Shown: positions 36,237-47,569 of the stretch, piece after piece
How the letters are laid out: each line of letters begins with the position of its first letter
Position numbering within the stretch: position 1 is the first letter of the stretch
NCBI GenBank assembly: GCA_030770535.1
Contig: JASVEC010000002.1
Coordinates: forward strand, 1,302,001-1,366,000
Length of the DNA: 64,000 nucleotides
From: Batkoa obscura
Lineage: Eukaryota
Reading direction: 5' to 3'
Translations under genes and position numbers: made by a program
Notes under the pieces: model-generated
Told to the model about the DNA's origin: nothing
Databases searched by the model: none
The model's input: the letters and a program-made list of their open reading frames with translations, nothing else

Positions 36237-37580
36237 TTACTTATAAGTTAAACTTAAATCTTTTAATAATGGATTATCTTCTTTTATTAATAAATTAGCC
36301 TGATAAGGACATATTAAATCGTCATCAATGATAGTAGTTAAAGTATTGAAATGATTTGTTTTTATTGTTGATATATTAAGTGAAGTTCTATTCCATTGTA
36401 AATCTTGAATTACTTGTGGAATCGTTTTTTCTATAGTTCCTAATTTATTGAATTTCTCTTTTTTATAATAATAATAATAATATAATATTATCACTAATAA
36501 TAATAATAAAATTATTGGTATAACTATACCTAATATTAAGGGTAAACTATTAGCAGTATTAGTATTTAGCATAGTACTCTCAACAGTATAGTTGGTAATT
36601 AGCTTAGTTTGATTTAAAGAAATAATTTGTATATTTTGATTGATTTTATTATTATTATCTTTACCTAATAAATAAAATAAATGATTATTATATTCAATTA
36701 AACACCCATGATTAAATGGTAATAAACCAGATATACTTATTTTCTTCCAAAGATATGTTTTTAAATCTAATTGATATAAATTGTCTTTCATTCTGGTATT
36801 GTTACCTCCAATTAAATACAAATAATCTTCAATAATAATAAAAGAATGATTACTTAAATAGGCAGGTGGTAATTCACCATCAGTCAATTGCAATTTACTT
36901 TGATTTAAGTCTAGTTGAATAAAACTTAAATAATTCATCTTAATTGCTTTCATATTAAGATCATTACCACCTACAGTAAATAAACGATTTGAGTTATGAT
37001 ATTTATATTCACTATTTAATGTAGTTGGGAAATCAAAAGGGGTTTTACTCCATTCTTTCTGCTTAATAGAGTACTTGACTAAACTCAAATTTGGCTTTAG
37101 AGCATTATTAATACCTAAATAGCCCCCAAATAAATATAAATAATTATTAGAGCTATCTTTAATTAAATTAGTATCTAATAAACTAGTTTCCTTTTTAAAT
37201 ATGGAGCTCAACTGGGCATTTTGTTTTTTATTCAAGTTCCATTCATTCTTTTCAATATCATAAACCCGTATTATTTCTCCATTCTTACCCCCATTACCAC
37301 CAATAAGCCATATCTCTTGATTGTTATTCATTACTATTGTTCTACCAAGGTTACTAACTATTGCTCTCCCTTCAGGTTTTATTTTTTCCCAACGAATACC
37401 CTCCATCAATTGTAAATTTTGATTCAATCTAAGTTTATAAATAGCTGAATTTAATTCCTTAACTTCATTATTGTTATCATACTCACTACCTCCTAAATAA
37501 TATATAGTATCATTAATCAATTGACAATTACCATTATGTAGTTTTGGTAGAGGTATTTGTTCAGATGTTGAAGTGGACAT
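36237..37580 (-). CDS. Kelch-repeat protein with a C-terminal single transmembrane helix
   Basis: Repeated YYLGG/WLIGG/YLFGG/FTVGG/YLIGG..W Kelch motifs; TM segment LPLILGIVIPIILLLLLVIILYYYY followed by KK. Confidence 0.85.
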   Translation of the reverse strand: MSTSTSEQIPLPKLHNGNCQLINDTIYYLGGSEYDNNNEVKELNSAIYKLRLNQNLQLMEGIRWEKIKPEGRAIVSNLGRTIVMNNNQEIWLIGGNGGKNGEIIRVYDIEKNEWNLNKKQNAQLSSIFKKETSLLDTNLIKDSSNNYLYLFGGYLGINNALKPNLSLVKYSIKQKEWSKTPFDFPTTLNSEYKYHNSNRLFTVGGNDLNMKAIKMNYLSFIQLDLNQSKLQLTDGELPPAYLSNHSFIIIEDYLYLIGGNNTRMKDNLYQLDLKTYLWKKISISGLLPFNHGCLIEYNNHLFYLLGKDNNNKINQNIQIISLNQTKLITNYTVESTMLNTNTANSLPLILGIVIPIILLLLLVIILYYYYYYKKEKFNKLGTIEKTIPQVIQDLQWNRTSLNISTIKTNHFNTLTTIIDDDLICPYQANLLIKEDNPLLKDLSLTYK

Positions 37581-39708
37581 TTGATATTTTAATTTTTAGT
37601 GAATCAATTGTTGTATGAAAAATGGAATATATCAAGTTTAAAAATGTGATGAGTATTATATTATCAAAATATAGTAAATAAAAGTCAAACTAAAGAAAAG
37701 AGTCTTATCAACATGTTGTAAGTTTTATACGAGTTTTTATTTTGAGTTTATAAACTTGTAATTACTATTTTTAGTGAAGTTATTAATTGTCCTAATTTTT
37801 CGATTGATTATTTTGAATTAAATGACACTTGAATTTTTACTATTTTTAATAAAAATAGATTTAGTTGAATTCTTTCTTTAAAATATAATAAGTAAATCAA
37901 AGTCTAGATGTAAAAAACTATAGCAATAATAAGTTGATTAAAATACAAAGTTCTATTGAAATGAGCTATTAAATAAAAGCTTCAACTTTCGAACAATATT
38001 TTTGTTTTGAAATAAAATTCATTAAATCGATTTAAATATGTTTTGACTCTAGTTTGGAACTAATAACTAGTTGAAATTTTATATTAAAAAAATAAACAAA
38101 TATAATTTAATAAAAAAAATTGATGCTGGTAAAAGGCTATGAAAGCTACCCTATTTTGAAGCTATCATGTTTATTACAGAAAAAATTCAGTCAACTCCAT
38201 TCAAATAATTCTATAATAGTATCAATTAAAAGCAAATAAAATAGCAAATAATATTAGATAAATTAGACAAATTCTGCTTAAAGCAATGTACTCTAGATCA
38301 AAATTACTTTTTTTTTGCTTACTTTTTGAAAATTATTATTGAAAAATCTCAATTTGATTTGCTTTTTTTCTTGATAAACATAATAGCTTGAAAATACTAT
38401 ACTTGGACAAATTAAATTTTTATATTGAAGCTTGACGTTTTTAGTCCAGTGTTTGTATCAACTAAAAATCAGGTAAAAAAAAGTTTAATAAGTTAACGAA
38501 GATAATTAATAATAACACTATTAAAGCTAAAAAGGACCCTCATCTAACAAGGTTTAATATTTAAGTACTGAATTCAACTAAATGCTTTATCAGTTAAATT
38601 TCAGTTCAATGAAACTCTAACCTTGGAAAAAATGCAAGCTTTTTGCATTTGAAAAAATAATCAATAAAAGGCCATAAATATGAAAATCTTCGGCTGCATC
38701 AAGTAACTTTTAGAAAAATTCGACATCATTATGCTCCTTTTAAAGTTATTTTTAGTAGTGGGGCTTACTATAGTTAGTTGAAATAAACTGGGGAAAATGA
38801 AATGAAAAGTAGTGGTTTTTTGTGACTTAATAATGCAATAAATCGAATCCGATTCAATATCACTTAACTTAAACTGTTAAGGGGGAGCAGTTGCTTATGT
38901 CACTTTTTTTGTTTTATATTAGTAATGAATAAATAAATAAAAAGTCAAAATTTTTAAACTAAATTTATTAATTATTACTCGTTAATATTATATTATGTTA
39001 TTAACTGTATATTGTTGATACTATCATTCTACCTATCTTGAATTAACAAACAGTTAAAATTTTACTGTAACAATGAAATCAAACTTGGAAACTCATGCAT
39101 TCAACATGCCATTTTAAACTTTAATTAACGTTAAGTAAATAAATAAAAACATGGGATTGATTAAGTCAGTTTAATTTAAGTTATATTATTTAATTTTACA
39201 TGTTAAATAAGTAATGTTACATAGTATGGTATAGTATAGTATAAGATATACACTATTTTCTATAATATAAGTATGAATCATTTAATATAATATGGTGCTT
39301 ATTATATAAGAATAATAAATAAAATAATAAAATACCACTTTAAAAAATGAGGAAAAATTCTTTGCAAACGGTGCTGAAATTGTTTCCCCAACTATCAACT
39401 TAGTAGTTCAAGTTGATATTAGCATAAACCAAAAATAACAAGGCATCATTTTTAAATAAGGTGTTAAAATAAATAAGATTATATTAAAAAAGTAAGATAA
39501 AAACAATTGCAATGATTTGATAAAATTTTTGAAAAAACAAAATAAAGTTTAATTTATCCTTTTTTTAAAGTTTACTTCTTTTTTATTTTTATTTAAATTA
39601 TTTATTTGGAATTGGATCCTATCTATAAACTCAAGATCTCCCACCTAATCTATTGTCCAACTAGTACTTTCATAAAATCAATTTAAAATAAAAGTATATT
39701 ACCAAAGT

Positions 39709-40552
39709 ATGAGTAAAAATCAATTTATAAGAGAATACAAACTAGTTGTTGTAGGTGATGGTGGTAAGCAATAGTTAATCTAATGATAAGCTATTATTAA
39801 ACACATTTTTATTTTAGCTGTTGGTAAATCCGCCTTAACTATACAATTGATACAGTCACATTTCGTATATGACTATGATCCCACTATTGAAGGTAATTTT
39901 CATTTTCTTATTATAAATAAGATTAGATATAATTGTTTAATTCTATTTACTAATAACTCTCTTTCATAGATTCTTATCGTAAGCAATGTGTGGTAGATAA
40001 TGAGGTAGCTATGTTAGATATTCTCGATACAGCAGGACAAGAAGAATACAGTGCAATGCGGGAACAATATATGCGTACAGGAGAAGGGTTTTTAATGGTT
40101 TATTCGATTACAGATAAAGAATCCTTTTTAGAAGTATCCGCTTTAAAAGAATTGATATTGAGAGTCAAAGATAAGGATATATTTCCTATTGTTATCGCAG
40201 GAAATAAATGTGACTTAGAAAGCGAAAGACAGGTTACAGTACAAGGTAAATTAATTTTTTAATTCTTTATCTGCTACAACAGCTATTTTTTGTGACTAGA
40301 TAATTATAAATATTTTTATTTACACATTGAATTTTTATAGAGGGTAAAGATTTAGCTTCCACCTTTAAATGTCAATTTTTTGAAACAAGTGCAAAACAAA
40401 AGATCAATGTAGAAGAAGCATTTTATACATTAATAAGAGAAATTCGTAGGTTTAATAAAGAGTTAGACCCCAACTCTAACACTAACAATATTCCTATCAC
40501 TGAAAAAGGATATAATGAAGCTTCTCAAGATGGATGTTGTGTTATTTTATAA
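39709..40552 (+). CDS. RAS: Ras-family small GTPase, 4 exons
   Basis: [73 protein letters not shown] and C-terminal CCVIL (CaaX). Confidence 0.95.
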
Positions 40553-41647
40553 ATTGCGTATAATCATCTCATTTACTTCTCCATTGACACATCCCTCTAC
40601 ATTCTAACGCGTCATTTTTTATCCAACCTTAGTATTTTTTATTCTATTAAATTAAAAAGATTTTATTATTGAAGTATTTTATGGTTAAAATTCATATTTT
40701 CAAAAATAAAAATTAAACTTGTACTTCAACCTATCAAATTTGTTCTCTCCTTCATCACCTGTTCACTTTTTCCTTTAAAGTGTTTCTACCATACAATAAA
40801 TGTTAGCCACCTAATACAACCTTGTGATTTTTTGGTTCTGAATATATAGCTAAGCAGTGAGAAATAGATTAAAGCGGAAAGGCATTAAAGTTGTCATGGA
40901 AGAATAGATGGAGGATTAATTATATGAGAAATAGTAAGGCATTAAAATTAGTTTTACTAAAAATTATGACGAGTAGCATTTTATTATTTCAGGTTTGTTG
41001 TTACAAGGTTAATGAGAGTTTTATGGAATTTTTTGAAAAATAGTTCAAACTAAAAGAAAAAAGTCCAAATAAATTAACAAAATATTTGAAACTAATATAT
41101 ATGAGACAAGTATTCTTTTTATCATTTGAATTTATTTATATATTGTATTAAAGTTGTTGCCTTTAAAAGTTAAAGAGGTTATTGTACAACATTACAAATA
41201 AAAGTACTGACAAAAGAATAAGAATTACATTTAAGAAATTTAAATAAACTAATCCTACATTTAAAAAAGTACTTCATTTGATATGTAATTTTTACTCGAA
41301 AACTTTATAAAAAAAAGATTAATATAATAGATATAAGTATAGAACAAATATTCATAAGATCACATTTTAACTAATACTATTAAAATATTATTTAATTAAA
41401 ATGTTATTTTTAGAACTTCAGCTTATTTTTTTATCACTTTAAAAGATAACATATTCCCAAATATTTCGATAGTGAAAATAAAAGTACGGAAACTTACTTC
41501 AATAAAGCCAAAGAGCTATATTTTTAACTTTTATTATTAAAATTTAATATAAGTTTACTTTAATTATCATATATATTAAAATTTAAGTAGTTTTTTCGCT
41601 ATAAATTTATTAGGCTTGAAATTGCTTAGGAACACTTTTAAAATTAT

Positions 41648-41797
41648 TCAAATAGCACTTAAAAAATGGAAAAAGTGATGAACAAAAAAAAATCATATGG
41701 GAGTGTTTTTTTTGACTTCATTATTTTTTCCATTTTTTAAGCGCTATTTGAGTGGAAAATTTGTTGCTAAAATTCTTAAATATAAAAATACATCCCC
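41648..41797 (-). mobile_element. MITE family A: partial forward copy (41648-41694) abutting a full reverse copy (41699-41797)
   Basis: The full copy is flanked by ATAT/ATAT; the partial copy is its mirror image. Confidence 0.82.
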
Positions 41798-42078
41798 ATA
41801 TATTAATATTTTTAATATAGAATTAAAATACTTATTTTTATGCTTTAATGTTTTTTAATTTTATAATAATAGCTATCTAAAAAGTGTCATAAAACTCCTA
41901 TTGGGCCTGTTATAATAACTAGATTGAATATTATATTTGAATATGTTAAGATTCTATGTCATAATATATCAAAGCATCAACAAATTCAATATAAAAGGTT
42001 TAATTCACTTTTTTTATCAATTTTAATTCATTAGTATAACATTCAGTATTAACTAAAATGATGATTTAATTAAAATAT

Positions 42079-42182
42079 GTGGGGTGGCTGTACTTTTACA
42101 TTAAAGAATTTTACTATAGATTTTTCTGTTCAAATAGCACTTAAAAGATAGAAAAAGTGATGAAGTTAAAAAAAACATTCCC
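42079..42182 (+). mobile_element. MITE family A copy
   Basis: ATAT|GTGGGGTGG...CATTCCC|ATAT. Confidence 0.78.
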
Positions 42183-43748
42183 ATATATTCAAAGTTTTAT
42201 AACTGAGATATTTTATTAACACCTTTATATAGCTAAGATTTATAATATTTTAAAAGCATTTATGAAAATGTATTTAATTATAAAAAAACAATTTTTTTTA
42301 AAAGTATTATTATTTCTATTTTATATCAATAATAAATAAATTTGTTGTATTTAAATATAAATGTTATAATAAATAAAAATTATATATTTTTAAGCGTAAT
42401 AGTCTTTTTGTTTGAATATCAATTCAATAAAAGCTTACTACACTAAATTTTTCATTTGTTATTTTGTAATATTGTTTAGCGTCAATATTATAATAACTTT
42501 TAATTTTTATACTACTTATATTTTTATGATTGAAAAATCATTCTTGAAACTTTAAAAAAATGAGATAGAAGTTTTATTCTAGATATCACTAGTACAAAAT
42601 TTAGTATAGTTATATTTATACACATATATATTAAATAAATACGTTTGATATATAGATTATATTTAAATAATTATAAGTGGTTTCCATAAAAGGAGAATTA
42701 ATTTTAAACATGCTACAATCTATATCAAGAAAGTTTGTAATTTTGACTTTTTTAAATATCCTCAAAATTTTTCAAGGATCTCTATTTATTATCATTAACA
42801 AAGGGTAGGTATCTCCTTTATTTTTTTACCCGCATTCTTATAAATCATTTTTGCTTATATTTTTGTAAAATGCTATCATATTAAATGAGATAGCAGTAAT
42901 TTTATATTAGTCCAATCTGTAATATAAACTATTTTCAAAGACTTATTGTATTTATGTAATAAAAAGCTATATCCTTCATTGTCTTATTGAAGTTCAGTAA
43001 TGTATGATTTAACATTTAATATCCAAGATTTACTCTTTTATAATAAACTGAGGAATTATTAAATTATATAATGATTTAATAAATAAATATAAATGTGCTT
43101 ATTTTCATAAACTTTTAAAATGTTATTCTAATTACTTTCCGAATGCTTGGCGATTCAGTAAAAAGAAACTTGTGACAAATATTAGAATCTATTTTAAATT
43201 TTCCAAAATACTTAGTAAAACTAATAATAGTACAAGGTAGTGATATAAATAAGTTAAATAAATAAAGAACCAAATAGCTGCTTCTGGATAATAAAGAATG
43301 CTCCAAATTTGAATAGAAAAAAGGAGAACTAGAATTTGATTCGTTTTGATTATTTATTTTTAGTAGTCAAAGGAGATGAAACACTATCTATTAATTAAAC
43401 TGTAACCTAAACAGTTACATTAAATTGATTTTTTCTCTCTTTTTTCTCTTGATTTGAAAAACTACCTCATTTTAATAAAAAAGCGAACTTTTATAGATAA
43501 TTATCATAATATCCCGCTTAAAATAAGTATCAAGAAGTTAAAATGAAGCAAAGGATTTTAGATCCTAAGAACAAAATTTAAAATAAAACTCATTTTAATT
43601 TTAATTAAATCCTATTCTTCTCTATTTTATTGTTTATTTTATTCTTTAATTATTTCATATCTACAGGAACTAATATCCAAGTTTTTACTATAAATTATAA
43701 TAAACATTTATAAAAATCTATTCCTTGTTACAACTAACAGATAACAAA

Positions 43749-44699
43749 ATGAGTTTCCAATTAAAATTAATAACATTATTCAGTTTGGTATCCATAATAC
43801 AATGCTCAATGTTGGTAGCATTCTGGGGACAAAACTTAGGAGGGAACGAGAAGAATTTGGAAGATTATTGTAATGATAATGCGATTGATATAATCATCAT
43901 CCAATATTTAAGCGATTTTGATGGTACCAAGACCCCTAAATTAAATTTAAAGAGTAGTTGCAAAGGGACTTGGTGTCCAGGAGTTGGGGGAGGTATTCGT
44001 ACATGTCAGTCCAAGGGTAAAAAAGTTTTACTTTCTTTAGGTGGGCCTAAAGGGTTGTATGGTGTTGGTTCTCCTGATCTTGCTAAAAAGTTGGCCCAAC
44101 AAATAACCGATATCTTCTTTACTGGTGCTTCAAAAGATCAGTTATTAGGTGATGTTAAATTAGATGGTATTGATTTGAGTATCCAAAACAGACAGGGTAG
44201 ATTCTACTCCGACTTTGTTAATGAGTTACGTGACATTAGTAAACAAAATGATAAGAAAATTATCATTACAGGTACTGCAGGCTGTGATTTTGAAAATGAT
44301 GATCTTAAAGACGCTTTACAAAATTCAACCTTTGATCTCATTAACGTTAAATTATATGATAATGACAAATGTGATTCGGACCCTAACGTAAACCTTGAAG
44401 CTTGGGATAACTATGCTAAAGATGCTCAAACAAAACTTATCATGGGTATTTCAGCATCAAGGCAAGCTGTTAAATCAGGTTACTTACCTTTGGAAAATGT
44501 TAAAGCTCGTTATACTAAATTTTTGAAAATATACAATTCTTTATTTGGTATTGCAATCAATGATGCTAGCGTTGCATTTGCAGATGGAGAAAGTTTTGGA
44601 AAAGAAATTAGTACGCAAGTTCATTCCAGTGCCTTCTTAACAAATCCTTCTATTGTAGGGATAAGTTTCCTTTTACTTAGTATATTCTTCCATTATTAA
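43749..44699 (+). CDS. GH18 class III (Cts1/hevamine-like) chitinase-like protein, probably inactive and GPI-anchored
   Basis: Signal peptide, VAFWGQN, L..YC, CQSKGKKVLLSLGG, LDGIDLSIQ (canonical DGxDxDxE), SGY and hydrophobic C-terminus. ATG at 43749. Confidence 0.88.
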   Translation: MSFQLKLITLFSLVSIIQCSMLVAFWGQNLGGNEKNLEDYCNDNAIDIIIIQYLSDFDGTKTPKLNLKSSCKGTWCPGVGGGIRTCQSKGKKVLLSLGGPKGLYGVGSPDLAKKLAQQITDIFFTGASKDQLLGDVKLDGIDLSIQNRQGRFYSDFVNELRDISKQNDKKIIITGTAGCDFENDDLKDALQNSTFDLINVKLYDNDKCDSDPNVNLEAWDNYAKDAQTKLIMGISASRQAVKSGYLPLENVKARYTKFLKIYNSLFGIAINDASVAFADGESFGKEISTQVHSSAFLTNPSIVGISFLLLSIFFHY

Positions 44700-44805
44700 T
44701 TTTTGACCGTAATTTTATTAATTATTAACAATAAAGCCATTCTTTTTTTACTGTCTCTATTTTTAAAACTCATTCTTATTATAATATAAAGTAAAAATAA
44801 TTAAA

Positions 44806-45363
44806 TTATTCATCTTTTATAAACAAATTAAAACTTGGATCTGATAAACATTCTTTTTTCATTCTTTGAAATAAAAGTTGAGATAGATTATCATTTCCTT
44901 TATTACTATTTAACAATACTAAATTATTTAAAATACAAATCTTTAACTCCCTTAACTCCTTGTTTCTTTTAATTATACTTAATACTGCTTGATAGTTAGC
45001 TTCAGCCTCAATTAACTCATTATTTAGTTGTAGTAGATAAGCATAGTAGCTAACATAAAATATTTTAAACTGAACTAATACTTCTTTATCTTGTTTATTA
45101 GTGTAATTGGGTATTATATTATTTAAAGAATTGATTAAAAGAACTAAATACCCTTTTTCTACTTGTTTGTCATTGACTTCAGCAAGATTCAGAACTAAAT
45201 TGCAAATTAATAAACCCATCTTATTTTGTTGAAGTAAATTATTTATTGTAGAATTCCATGGTATTAATGTTAATTTGAAATTGATTAGTGTTATTTCATT
45301 GATTGTAAATCTGCTGTGTTGAATTTTTTCTATCATGTGCTTTATATATTCGTTTAACTTCAT
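44806..45363 (-). CDS. Hypothetical helical protein, possibly TPR-like
   Basis: 185-aa ATG-initiated ORF in very AT-rich DNA; EAEANYQAVL..ILNNLVLL resembles a TPR helix pair. Confidence 0.5.
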   Translation of the reverse strand: MKLNEYIKHMIEKIQHSRFTINEITLINFKLTLIPWNSTINNLLQQNKMGLLICNLVLNLAEVNDKQVEKGYLVLLINSLNNIIPNYTNKQDKEVLVQFKIFYVSYYAYLLQLNNELIEAEANYQAVLSIIKRNKELRELKICILNNLVLLNSNKGNDNLSQLLFQRMKKECLSDPSFNLFIKDE

Positions 45364-45753
45364 TGTCTATTGTATTTGTGTCTTTATTAAAAATCTATTG
45401 CTGATTTATAAAAAGTAGAATTTGAAAATTGTTTGGATAAATTAAAATCAGGACTTCAACTTTTTTTCATTTTTAAGTTGCAAATTTGTAGATTAATCAA
45501 GTGCACCTTTTCCCTAAATTTTTGGCTTGCTTTCTGGAAGCTGAAGTTCACTTAAGTTTTTATATTTCACTTCTAAAAAATTTTATTTCGCATTTTGAGC
45601 AAAGATTAGCTCAAAAGTTGAATCTAAATCAGCGAACTTTTAAATAATTTCAACTGTTACTAAATGTAAATTAAAAACTAAAACCTTTAGCTTCATAACG
45701 TTTTTAAGTACTTATAAAAGTATTATTAACTAAATACTAATGTTATATTATAA

Positions 45754-45912
45754 AAAACCATTCTCGTAATATAAGTTAAACTAGTACACTGCATGAGAAT
45801 GTGAACCATTTACTCAATTACTAACAATTACAAACAAGTTCTTGGTAATTGAGTAAATGGTTCACGTTCTCATACAGTGTATTAGTTTAACCTATATTAC
45901 AAGAATGGTTTT
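45754..45912. repeat. Hairpin with 71-bp arms and a 17-nt loop
   Basis: Arms 45754-45824 and 45842-45912, six mismatches, no indels. Confidence 0.9.
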
Positions 45913-47569
45913 GGTGTTTTTTGGTAATTTTCAAAATTTGGACAAAATATTAATGATGCTTTTAGATTTTGCAATTTAATAGTTTAAATTGTAAAAATTA
46001 TAGCATTTTCAGAAAATATTTCCAAAAGGGTGGGGTGGTATAATTGAAGTTGTTTTTTGAAAATTCTAATAATATTCAAAACGAAAGTAAACAAAAAAAA
46101 TGGATGAAATTTATTTTTGATGTGATATTACAATTGTATTGCAATAATAAGTGTTTTGTTCACTTTGTTTAATTTATTGTTCAAAGCTCCTAAAAATAAC
46201 TGTTTGAATTACGCTATCTTTTTGGCAGTATTTTCCAATTGAAAATGTTTGTATTATAATTTTAATAGCCCTTTAAACTCATCATGTTATAAAAAATTGG
46301 CAAATTACATAGTTTAAGAAAACAATTATAGTAAATAAATTTAATAAGATTTGTTAAATTTGTTTCATAGCTTAAGTTAGTGATTTTCATTTTTATATAA
46401 GCTTTAAATAGAAAATCAGAAAAGTTGAAATATACACTAATAAAGCAAATTCGGAAGTAGCATTATTTAATTTTTAAAAAAATGGTTACTTTATAATCTA
46501 TAAAGTAATAGTTTATTTTTAGATTATTGAGAATAACAGGTTTAATAAATTACAAGATCATAATAAATTAAGCAATATTTATTATACATATGATTTAAAT
46601 CTACATACAAACATTATTAATGTTTAAGATAAGTTGATATTTAATGAAATTAAAATTAAGACTGTAATTTTATTTATGGCTGATATAATCTATTTTTATT
46701 AATATCTGAGTTAAATTGACTTGCGTATATTAAAAAGAATACTATGGGAAAAACTGCATTGTTGTTGACCCTTTAATTTATTGATTAGATTAGAATAGGT
46801 GGTTCTGAAATTTATTTGATTTTTTAGCAAATCAATTCAACTTGATAATTTTGATGACCAAAAGTTCAAAGTTCATTAAAAGGGTCACAGTTTTAGCAGC
46901 TTTAAAAAATAATAAATTACGTTAATTAATTGGACACAAAATGTTTTAAGTTATTTAAATATCTTAGTTTGGAATAAGATGACGTAAAATAAAATCTAAA
47001 CAATCCAATAAAGTAAATATAAAGATGAAATAGCTCAAACTCTTCCTAATTAGATATAAAATAGGTCATTTATTCTTTGGCTAGATATATTACATTTTTT
47101 CAAAAATAGTACAATATAGTCATTTACTTACGATCAAAGCTTATACAAAAGGTATCTTTATATTAAATTCGTATAAGACAAAATATTAAGTTATTTCGGT
47201 TTCAGAATACCACCTTGATAAATGAGCAGAATAATTGTGAGATTTGTCCGCAAATTATTATTGCATAAAGATTATTATTTAGGGTTTTTTCTTAATTTGG
47301 CCATTTGCAAAAAGGGGTTATTTTAATTGGCTCTAAACGAATAAATTGTAGTGGTTCGTGGTTAATGGAACAAATATAATATTTGGCAAGAACCTACAAA
47401 TATTAATTTATTATCTTTTTCTTAAACGATAAGGATATCAAAATTGCACATACTTATATCCAAAACTTTCTTTTATAAATTAATTTTGTTTTTTAGTTAG
47501 TTAATTATATATAATTTGTTAATATTCAATTGAGATTAAAAGTATTATTACTTATCATCCACATACATC

